Part shown: positions 1-7,723 of the stretch, one piece after another
Layout: every line of letters begins with the position of its first letter
Numbering within the stretch: the first letter of the stretch is position 1
Assembly (NCBI RefSeq): GCF_006345805.1
Contig: NW_021828531.1
Span: forward strand, 1-8,175
Length of the DNA: 8,175 nucleotides
Direction of reading: 5' to 3'
Source: Octopus sinensis
Lineage: Eukaryota
Program-made: the position numbers and the translations under genes
The notes under the pieces: model-generated
What the model saw: only the letters and a program-made list of their open reading frames with translations
Database searches by the model: none
Told to the model about the DNA's origin: nothing

Positions 1-204
1 CGAGAAGGAACAAACAATATATTCACCTCCTGGACGAGACGCAGGTCCGTTGCAGGACTACTCATTTCTGGCTGCCGAGTGAACTGGAGTAACACGAAAT
101 GGGGTGTTTTGCTCAAGAATACAACGCGTCACCCGGTCCAGGAATTGAAATCACAATCTTACGATTATGAGTCCAACACTCTAACTATCAACTCATGCGT
201 CCCC
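1..204 (-). mobile_element. tRNA-derived SINE, degenerate, truncated by window edge (CORE-like central domain)
   Basis: Minus strand shows a B-box-like GATTTCAATTCC (rc of ggaattgaaatc, ~140-152) followed by GTTGTATTCTTGAGCAAAACAC, resembling the start of a CORE domain. Family assignment is from recollection of octopus SINEs. Confidence 0.6.
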
Positions 205-242
205 ATACACAGACACGTGCGCGCGTGTGAGTTCGTTTACAT

Positions 243-272
243 ACATATATAATATATAATATATAATATATA

Positions 273-316
<44 letters not shown>

Positions 317-322
317 AGATAT
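243..322. repeat. (TA)n/(TATAA)n microsatellite
   Basis: Directly visible. Confidence 0.95.
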
Positions 323-325
323 ACT

Positions 326-354
326 TTGTGGTAAGTAGCTTGCTTACGAACCAC
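326..354 (+). mobile_element. SINE family A 5' head fragment
   Basis: TGTGGTAAGTAGCTTGCTTACGAACCAC matches the head of the fuller copy at 5220-5247 (1 mismatch). Confidence 0.75.
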
Positions 355-398
355 TTAGTATCTAGCATTCGTACAATCATCTTTTTTCGTTGGCATGA

Positions 399-552
399 GC
401 TGTGCTGTTAGAAGCTGCTTCCCACCCACATGGTTCCGGGTTCAATCCGACTGCATGGCACATTGGGCAAGTGTCTGCTACTATAGCCTCGGCCCGACCA
501 AACAAAGCCTTATGATTGGATTTTGTAGACGGAAACTGAAAGAAGCTCGTCG

Positions 553-556
<4 letters not shown>
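399..556 (+). mobile_element. SINE family A, 5' half (tRNA head plus core), ending in microsatellite
   Basis: B-box-like GGTTCAATCC, then TTGGGCAAGTGTC...CTATAGCCTCGG...GTAGACGGAAACTGAAAGAAGC; aligns to 5215-5370 and to the rc of 7545-7700. Confidence 0.85.
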
Positions 557-586
<30 letters not shown>

Positions 587-708
587 TGTATGCATGTATG
601 CATGTATGTATGTAGTATGTATGTATGTATGTATGTATGTATGAGTATATATATATATAATGATAATAATAATAATAATAATATTAATCAATAATAATAA
701 TAATAATA

Positions 709-741
<33 letters not shown>

Positions 742-742
742 A
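553..742. repeat. Compound microsatellite (TATG)n-(TA)n-(AAT)n
   Basis: Directly visible. Confidence 0.95.
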
Positions 743-1109
743 TTAGGGAATAAATTCCAAACTTACATGGAAAATTAGATTTAGGATTAAATCCAATTTT
801 ATAGTATAAATATATTATATTATAATTAGAGATTAAAAACCACTATTAGGCAAAATCAAACAGTGAAAAAACATAAGCCAATACATAAAATTAATTTCAA
901 AATAGAAAAGTTAAAAATAAAAAAAATTATTTAAACTTATAAATTTTAAATATATATATATTACAAATATTATATATATATATATGTATGTATTTTATAT
1001 TTTATATATATTTTATTAATTAATTAATTTTTTTATTATTATTAAAAAAAAATTTTTTTATATAAATATCAAAAGTATTAAAAGTTTAATAAAAGATAAA
1101 GAGTAAAAC

Positions 1110-1200
1110 ACTACGATCGTTTCATGCCTGTACCAATTCGAATAACAATAATTTAAATTCAATTAATAATTCGAGTTATGGTTACAGTCAATCTTCAGGT
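1110..1200 (-). ncRNA. Type I hammerhead ribozyme with extended stem II (near-intact)
   Basis: Minus strand reads AC-CTGAAGA-ttgactgtaacca..tcgaat...attcga..tggtacaggcat-GAAA-CGATCG-TA-GT. Both conserved core boxes present, palindromic stem III ACGATCGT, GUA cleavage triplet, 2-bp stem I, long imperfect stem II with a U-U mismatch at its base. Confidence 0.75.
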
Positions 1201-2137
1201 TAATTGAAATATTTTAAAAATAATCAGAAATATTTAAACAATATTTTAAAGATATAGATAATATAACAATTTTACTTATAATAAACTCTATTATCAAACT
1301 AGAAACTTAAAACTTAACAATTATGATTATATCAAAATCGATTATAATGTTAAATATTAATTTTAATTTATAAGGTAAGAAACCCACCAATAATCTAATA
1401 TCGGTAATAGTCTATATCTAATTACATAAATATAAAAAAAAAATGACTATTATATATAAATTATCAATGAAAATATATAAATGTATATACATATTATAAT
1501 TAAGATCTAAAATAATCTCTATAAATAAATATATATGCACATATAATAAAGACCTAATAAATTAATTTTTCATATTTAAGATGAAATAGCTAATTTCAAA
1601 AATACAAACAAACAAACTTAAACGAACTTTCGGAAATCTTATTTAAAATACTTATAGAAATAATCAATTCGTAGTTATATAGTATCGAATAAATACTATA
1701 AATACTATAAATATATTTATCAATGGGAATATACTAGCGAATATCAATTTAAAAAGACAATAACTAAGTTATGCTATTAACATGGCCTGGACCAATCTTT
1801 GGTCAAAACATATCTAAGTTTATCTAAGTTTATCTAATTTTAATTATAAGAAATTTAAAACTACAATTAATACTATTAATACATGTATATACAAAAACCT
1901 AACTTTAGACACCTCGTATACTTGCTATCAAACAACAAATCTATCGCTAAGTAATATCTTACGAATAAACTTAAATTTAATATCTAATAATATAGAAAAT
2001 TACGATAATTAGATCATTACATAAACAACGATATTTACATAAGAAAAATATTATTACACCAAAGACTTATAAAATATTAAAATTTACAATTTAAAGATCT
2101 TAAATATAAATAAATACTTATCTTAGCGAGGTTTTTA

Positions 2138-2220
2138 TATTTTGGAAATTGCTAATACGTGTGTTCCACACTAACCCATGGTCTCTGATCTGCTCCCGGG
2201 CAAATACATATCCGATATAT
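2138..2220 (+). repeat. 83-bp dispersed direct repeat, copy 1 (element terminus)
   Basis: 81/83 identical to 3824-3906; both run into (AT)n. Confidence 0.95.
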
Positions 2221-2330
2221 ATATATATATATATAATTAATCAATATAGGGTGGCAAAAAATTTTGTAGAATTTTTTTGCACCAGCGGCCTAGTGGGAAA
2301 AAAATTAAATAGTCAGACCATTTTAAGTTC

Positions 2331-2403
2331 AAATCAAGTCAATCTTCCATAGGCCCTTAGATTACTGACGAATCTAAGGGCCTATGGAAGATTGACTTGA
2401 TTT
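2331..2403. repeat. Perfect 33-bp inverted repeat with 7-nt loop
   Basis: AAATCAAGTCAATCTTCCATAGGCCCTTAGATT (2331-2363), loop ACTGACG, exact reverse complement at 2371-2403. Confidence 0.97.
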
Positions 2404-2457
2404 AATTTAATCAGGTTAGTTTACCATTAAACAGTAGATGAAACGGTGCTCGTATAA
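2362..2457 (+). ncRNA. Type I hammerhead ribozyme, intact core, large stem II loop
   Basis: TTA(2362-64)-CTGACGA(2365-71)-ATCTA(2372-76)...TAGAT(2435-39)-GAAA(2440-43); stem III ACG/gtgct/CGT; GUA triplet (2452-54); TAA (2455-57) pairs with TTA as stem I. Confidence 0.8.
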
Positions 2458-2583
2458 GAAATTACAGGGTAAATGTTTTTTAAATTTCTCCTGGTTTACG
2501 GAATTAATGTTTTTTTGCCGGTTTGAAGCTTTGGCTGTTATTTCTAGTGGGTGAATGGCCTATTATGGCCGTTCCTTGATGTG

Positions 2584-2592
2584 ATATATATA

Positions 2593-2634
<42 letters not shown>

Positions 2635-2682
2635 TATATAATATATATAAATACATAAAAAAATTGAAATATATATATATAT
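2584..2682. repeat. (TA)n microsatellite, interrupted
   Basis: Directly visible. Confidence 0.9.
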
Positions 2683-2733
2683 AAGGTTGCTTTCCAACCA
2701 CATAGTTCCGGGTTCAGTCCCACTACGTGGCAC
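2683..2733 (+). mobile_element. SINE family A head fragment
   Basis: TTGCTTTCCAACCACATAGTTCCGGGTTCAGTCCCACTACGTGGCAC aligns to 5232-5278. Confidence 0.8.
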
Positions 2734-2831
2734 TGACCTGAGGCTATAGGAGAAGACATTTGTCCAAGGTACCCCGAGTGGGACTGAAGCCGGAACCATG
2801 TGACTGGGAAGCAAGGTTCTAACTGCACAGC
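2734..2831 (-). mobile_element. SINE family A 5' part, reverse orientation
   Basis: Reverse complement aligns to 399-495 and 5215-5312. Confidence 0.8.
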
Positions 2832-2969
2832 CATGGCAACGATAAAAGATGATTGTGCGAATGCTAGATACTAAGTTGCCAATGTGACCTTACCAAAATC
2901 AAGACCACAATAAAAATGCTGTGTTTTTTTTTTTATAATTTCTTTTTCTTATTTCTATTTACTTTCCAG

Positions 2970-3062
2970 GCAGACTACAAAATGAAGCTGACAGCAATCG
3001 ACAGACACACGAAGAAAGTCAATTTGTGTATGTCATGGGAGATGTCCATAAAAGCATCTTAA
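2970..3062 (+). CDS. Candidate terminal coding exon of a host gene (ADYKMKLTAIDRHTKKVNLCMSWEMSIKAS*), tentatively ML-domain / GM2-activator-like C-terminus
   Basis: Long polypyrimidine tract (~2925-2967) ending TTTCCAG|G; open phase-0 frame to TAA 3060-62 in the only non-repetitive island nearby. The DY-x-hydrophobic-K...D...C-hydrophobic pattern recalls the last two beta-strands of ML domains (weak, by eye). Alternative: a 58-nt internal exon using GTATGT at 3028. Confidence 0.45.
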   Translation, partial: ADYKMKLTAIDRHTKKVNLCMSWEMSIKAS

Positions 3063-3072
3063 GGATTGGGTG

Positions 3073-3113
3073 TTTCTCTCTCTCTCAATCTCTCTCTTTC
3101 TCTATCTATCTAT
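3073..3113. repeat. (TC)n/(TATC)n microsatellite
   Basis: Directly visible. Confidence 0.85.
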
Positions 3114-3141
3114 CATCAAAACACACAAAATGACGGACTCA

Positions 3142-3324
<183 letters not shown>

Positions 3325-3422
3325 TTAATTAATTAAGAAGTATTCAACAATTTTACCTAGTAGAATTCGGTATGAAAAAGGACCATTTCAACGGTAACCT
3401 TTATTAGTAACCCTTTTATTAG

Positions 3423-3423
<1 letters not shown>

Positions 3424-3479
<56 letters not shown>

Positions 3480-3700
3480 TGTGTGGTGGTGTGTGTGTGT
3501 GTGTGTGTGTGGTATGTGTATATATATAATATATATATATGTATGTGTATATATATATATTTATATATATCTGTATATAGATATATATATACATATATTC
3601 ATTCATTCATACATACATACATACATACATACATACATACATACATACATACATACATACATACATACATACATACATACATGTGTGTGTGTGTGTATAT
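3424..3700. repeat. Compound microsatellite (TA)n-(TG)n-(TA)n-(TACA)n-(TG)n
   Basis: Directly visible. Confidence 0.95.
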
Positions 3701-3906
3701 GCAGTGAAGTCGTGTCAGTGACGAGGACGCAGTTGGAGCAACGAAAATTTTAAGACCAAATAAATGTTCAAGTGAAATTAACGGTCTTTGTTTTATTTTA
3801 TATTGTTATACTTTTTATTTTTTTATTTTGGAAATTGCTAATACGTGTGTTCCATACTGACCCATGGTCTCTGATCTGCTCCCGGGCAAATACATATCCG
3901 ATATAT
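3701..3906 (+). mobile_element. Short non-coding element with degenerate hammerhead-like motif and the shared 83-bp terminus (copy 2 at 3824-3906), element 3
   Basis: GTCa-GTGACGA(3718-24)...GTTG/CAAC-GAAA(3743-46)-ATT-TTA-AGAC, then AATAAA (3759-64), a T-rich tract and the terminus shared with 2138-2220. Confidence 0.5.
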
Positions 3907-3911
3907 GTATA

Positions 3912-4209
3912 TCCCCGTGATCACCGCGACCGACCAGGCTATCAGATGTTGCTACACATCGCTGGTCACAATGCGCTTCGCATTGTTTTATCCTTCAAAT
4001 GACGCCACCCCGCTGGCTAAGCGAGCAGGCCAACAGAGGAAAGAGTGAGAGAAAGTTGTGGCCAAAGAGTACAGCAGGGATCGCCCCCCCCCCTGCCGGA
4101 GCCTCGTGGAGCTTTAGGTGTTTTCACTCAATAAACACTCACAACGCCCGGTCTGGGAATCGAAACCGCGATCCTACGACCACGAGTCCGCTGCCTAACC
4201 ACTGGGCCA
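3912..4209 (-). mobile_element. tRNA-derived SINE family B, near full length
   Basis: Minus strand begins TGGCCCAGTGGTTAGG (A box) and has GGTTTCGATTCCC (B box); GC-rich ~300-bp body inserted in AT-repeat context. Confidence 0.85.
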
Positions 4210-4215
4210 CATATA

Positions 4216-4566
4216 TATATATAAAAGGAAATGAAGAAAATGCTGACAAAATAATTTAAGTAATTTAAGTAATTTAATTAGGTGAAAGTTCTTTTTACCG
4301 GTTGCGTATTTGTTATGCTTATCAAAATATATTTTTTAAAGAGAGATTAGATTTCCTTTTTGATAGATTTTTTTCCTCTTATCTGATAAGAGGAAAATCT
4401 ATCAAAATCTATCAAAATTTATCAGAAAGAAACTCTAATCTCTCTTTAAAAAAATATGTTTTATAAGCATAACAAATACGCACCGTTAAAAAGAACTTTC
4501 ACCTAATTAAATTACTTAAATTACTTAAATTATTTTGTCAGCATTTTTCTTTCCTTTTTTATATAT
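4216..4566. repeat. ~350-bp imperfect fold-back palindrome (element 4), apex at 4384
   Basis: Left arm ~4216-4383 and right arm 4385-~4566 are reverse complements, e.g. GCTGACAAAATAATTTAAGTAATTTAAGTAATTTAATTAGGTGAAAGTTCTTTTTA vs its rc at ~4487-4542; centre TTTTCCTCTTATC-T-GATAAGAGGAAAA. Each arm holds a decayed minimal HHR-like motif. Confidence 0.92.
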
Positions 4567-4594
4567 CACAACTCGTGTTCCACATCTCCTTTTT

Positions 4595-4632
<38 letters not shown>

Positions 4633-4650
4633 TCAGTTGTACCTGTCCTA

Positions 4651-5050
4651 CCTAAATATAGAAGAAAAGACTGGAATAGAATACAAAGGGCTTGTGATAG
4701 AGCAAACGGGGTGAACACGTGGTATAAAACCGACAAATATCAATGAGTGATGTTTGTAGAGGCCACAGCCCATGGAGAACTAATCCGTAGATTTAGGAAA
4801 GCTCTGAAGGTGACCAAACTCAATATTAAGATTGTTGAAAAGCCAAGGAGGAACTCCATCGGATAACAACTATGTAGGAGGCACCCCTTTGAGAATACCA
4901 TGTGTACCAATGATAACTGCATGGTATTTAGGATTAACTCTGACCTTAACTGCAGAACTAGAAATGTAGTATACAGCATAAGAACCATAGAAGGTGCTTG
5001 TAAAGACATGAATATGACATATATAGGGGAGACATCTAGGAGCTATAGGG
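4651..5050 (+). pseudogene. Penelope-like retroelement fragment: RT-thumb/linker end plus N-terminal half of GIY-YIG endonuclease (Naiad-like)
   Basis: Frame 1 reads PKYRRKDWNRIQRACDRANGVNTWYKTDKYQ*VMFVEATAHGELIRRFRKALKVTKLNIKIVEKPRRNSIG*QLCRRHPFENTMCTNDNCMVFRINSDLNCRTRNVVYSIRTIEGACKDMNMTYIGETSRS. VVY...YIGETSR GIY-YIG signature and Cys-rich linker; stops at 4744 and 4864. Clade call is from recalled motifs. Confidence 0.8.
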
Positions 5051-5214
5051 GTATGAGTCTCATACAGGGTGAATGTGTAGGTAGGCGTGAATAGAGATAC
5101 CACTTAAATGTTAAATTATTTAGGAATAACGGTTACAATCAAGGATTAGGGGATCTATTAGATTAAGGTTTAAAAATAAATTAAAGAATTAACAGTTATC
5201 TTCTAAGGTACTAA

Positions 5215-5594
5215 GGTTGTGTGGTAAGTAGCTTGCTTACCAACCACATGGTTCCGGCTCAGTCTCACTGCGTAGCACCTTGGGCAAGTGTCTTCTACTA
5301 TAGCCTCGGGCCACCCAAAGCCTTGTGAGTGGATTTGGTAGACGGAAACTGAAAGAAGCCCGTCATATATAAGTATATGTATATACATGTGTGCTTGTGT
5401 GCCTGTGTTTGTCCCCCCAACATCGCTTGACAACCGATGCTGGTGTGTTTACGTCCCTGTAGCTTAACGGTTCGGCAAAAGATAGAATTAGTACTAGGCC
5501 TACAAAGAATAAGTCTTGGGGGTCGATTTGCTCAACTAAAGGCGGTGCTCCAGTATGGCCGCAGTCAAATGACTGAAACAAGTAAAAGAGTAAA
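5215..5594 (+). mobile_element. SINE family A, near full length, with internal TA/TG-rich linker and (AGTAAAAG)n tail
   Basis: tRNA-like head, core, and 3' part ending GACTGAAACAAGTAAAAGAGTAAAG; reverse complement of 7293-7705. Confidence 0.9.
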
Positions 5595-5633
5595 GGGTAT
5601 GGGATAACGACCATGGAAGCATGTATGTGAGTA

Positions 5634-6128
5634 TTATGTGTGGTGGGTAAGTCTACATTTAGATTTATGGAAGAATTTAAAAGTGCGGAAGAATTTGTGT
5701 TTACACGTTGTGAAGGCTTCGTTGCGTCTGTTAAGCAATTGTGGTGAGTTATGGATTAAAATTTTGAGGGCTTCTTTTAAGCAGAATCCACAAGTGGAGC
5801 GCTGGTTTTGATTTGGGATGCCAGAATCTATCATAAACCAGGATAACCTATATTGTATTTTCCTATTAATTAGATGGTGTACGTAACTGGCTAGTGATGT
5901 GGAATTGCTATGCTCTTTATATTTAAATGAGTTTAAATGTGCAGTATATCTTTGTTTAAAAGTAGTGATCGATCCAATATAGTAGCTATCGGAGTTATTT
6001 AATATGTTGCGGACGGTGCATTGGTATACCACGTTGAATCTTCTGCATTGGGCTTGCTGCGTGCAGTCGGTCCCAGATCTGCAGTTGCAGCTATCTGTTC
6101 TAAGATGGTTAATTGGAGAGAGGGATGA
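5634..6128 (-). mobile_element. Penelope-like retroelement 3' coding end: uninterrupted C-terminal GIY-YIG endonuclease domain with Cys linker (Neptune-like), 5'-truncated
   Basis: The open frame extends upstream of the listed ORF: SCNCRSGTDCTQQAQCRRFNVVYQCTV...YYIGSITTFKQRYTAHLNSF...TSLASY...CGFCLKEALKIL...LLNRRNEAFTTCKH. GIY-YIG motifs with conserved R, E and N; no RT domain and no true start. Confidence 0.88.
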
Positions 6129-6209
6129 CTATCAGCATCAAGAAGGCTGCCTGGGGCAGAACATACTCAAGATTCAAATGTGATGATTGACAACTTGGTC
6201 ACTCAACTG

Positions 6210-6955
6210 GGTCAGGTCGTATAAATATCTGGGAAGTACTGTAGACTCCAAGAGTACTCTTGGTGATGAAATCAATGTTAGGATATCTAAAGTGCTTTTG
6301 GAAAACTTTCCTATCGTTTGTGAGATGAACACAGAGTCAGTGTGAAAACTAAAATAAGTGTATACAAATCTTGTATTTTGAGAACACTTTTGTATGGTCA
6401 GGTCATATAAATATCTGGGAAGTACTGTAGACTCCAAGAGTACTCTTAGTGATGAAATCAATGTTAGGATATCGAAAGTGCTTTTGGAAAACGTTCCTAT
6501 CGTTTGTGAGATGAACACAAGAGTCAGTCCGAAAAGTAAAATAAGTGTATACAAATCTTGTATTTTGAGAACACTTTTGTATGGTCAGGTCATATAAATA
6601 TCTGGGAAGTACTGTAGACTCCAAGAGTACTCTTGGTGATGAAATCAATGTTAGGATATCTAAAGTGCTTTTGGAAAACGTTCCTATCGTTTGTGAGATG
6701 AACACAAGAGTCAGTGTGAAAAGTAAAATAAGTGTATACAAATCTTGTATTTTGAAAACACTTTTGTATGGTCAGGTCATATAAATATCTGGGAAGTACT
6801 GTAGACTCCAAGAGTACTCTTGGTGATGAAATCAATGTTAGGATATCGAAAGTGCTTTTGGAAAACGTTCCTATCGTTTGTGAGATGAACACAAGAGTCA
6901 GTGTGAAAACTAAAATAAGTGTATACAAATGTATTTTGAGAACACTTTTGTATGG
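6210..6955 (+). repeat. Tandem array, 4 copies of ~187 bp, derived from RTE coding sequence
   Basis: Units start GGTCAGGTC at 6210, 6396, 6583 and 6770 (186, 187, 187, 184 bp); few substitutions between copies. Confidence 0.97.
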
Positions 6956-7292
6956 GGCAGAAGCACGAACACTTTATTGCAGACATAAAGAAACTCGCAT
7001 CCATTCACATGTGCTCTCTGCGCAATGTCTACAACATAAAATGTTGTTGGGTTTTGTCATGCTATTTTTAGAGCTGCTGCCCATAGAGGGATGACAAATT
7101 TCAGTTTGCATCACTATATTACGGAGGAAGAATGTTGAGTCCAGGGAGAAGATAATCTGCTCGGACTGTACCTCCTTCAAAAGCTCTACAATCTTAGAAA
7201 AATGTGATATCACCCGTATCAAAAGCATGTTGCTGAGAATCCAGGGCAGAGGTTCGAATGAAAGATGATTGCATTTCGAAAATTCTTTTGTA

Positions 7293-7705
7293 TACTCTTT
7301 TACTCTTTTACTTGTTTCAGTCATTTGACTGCGGCCATGCTGGAGCACCGCCTTTTTTTAGTCGAGCAACTCGACCCCGAGACTTATTCTTTTGTAAGCC
7401 CAGTACTTATTCAATCGGTCTCTTTTGCCGAACCGCTAAGTGACGGGGACATAAACACACCAGCATCGGTTGTCAAGCAATGCTAGGGGGACAAACACAG
7501 ACACACAAACACACACACGCATATATATATATATATATACATATATACGACGGGCTTCTTTCAGTTTCCGTCTACCAAATCCACTCACAAGGCTTTGGTC
7601 GGCCCGAGGCTATAGTAGAAGACACCGATGGTGCCACGCAGTGGGACTGAACCCGGAACTATGCGGTTGGTAGACAAGCTACTTACCACACAGCCACTCC
7701 TGTCC
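7293..7705 (-). mobile_element. SINE family A, full length, inserted in the RTE relic
   Basis: (TACTCTTT)n tail at the left, head CAGGAGTGGCTGTGTGGTAAGTAGCTTG on the minus strand at the right, B-box-like GGTTCAGTCCC; interrupts the RTE frame after LLY. Confidence 0.9.
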
Positions 7706-7723
7706 AACAAGTAGAGGGATACC

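Larger units (their letters stand above)
742..2220. mobile_element. Non-coding, very AT-rich HHR-bearing element (putative non-autonomous Penelope-associated / pLTR-derived), element 1
   Basis: Bounded by (AAT)n and (TA)n; contains a minus-strand hammerhead (1110-1200); its right end 2138-2220 is shared with 3824-3906. No recognisable coding capacity. Internal boundaries uncertain; may be composite. Confidence 0.5.
2232..2584. mobile_element. Non-coding fold-back HHR-bearing element (putative Penelope-associated), element 2
   Basis: Flanked on both sides by (TA)n; internal 33-bp inverted repeat and a plus-strand hammerhead. Confidence 0.6.

Noticed and set aside
1200-2137. NUMT or mitochondrial control region suggested by extreme AT content and A-skew
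   Set aside because: No recognisable mitochondrial gene, rRNA or tRNA; flanked by an HHR and a repeat terminus.
4140-4209. tRNA gene
   Set aside because: A and B boxes are present but continue into a SINE body with no complete cloverleaf; the same applies to the other SINE heads.
4744-4746. In-frame TGA as selenocysteine (reported for some Naiad PLEs)
   Set aside because: The position looks like a Ser codon (TCA to TGA, in YQ*VMFV) rather than a conserved Cys, and the same frame also has a TAA at 4864; simple decay is more likely.
5051-5068. Hammerhead in the Neptune-like 3' region (rc CTGTATGAG)
   Set aside because: The core has an extra base and no GAAA/stem III partner is found; noted only as a junction hairpin.
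5203-5600. TSD around the SINE at 5215-5594
   Set aside because: Only a loose TAAGGTA/TAAAGGGTA similarity; too short and imperfect to call.
6210-6955. CRISPR-like array or repeat-protein gene
   Set aside because: Head-to-tail units with no unique spacers, eukaryotic context, and the 187-bp period breaks the frame; the unit is RTE RT sequence. The minus-strand ORFs here are antisense shadows.
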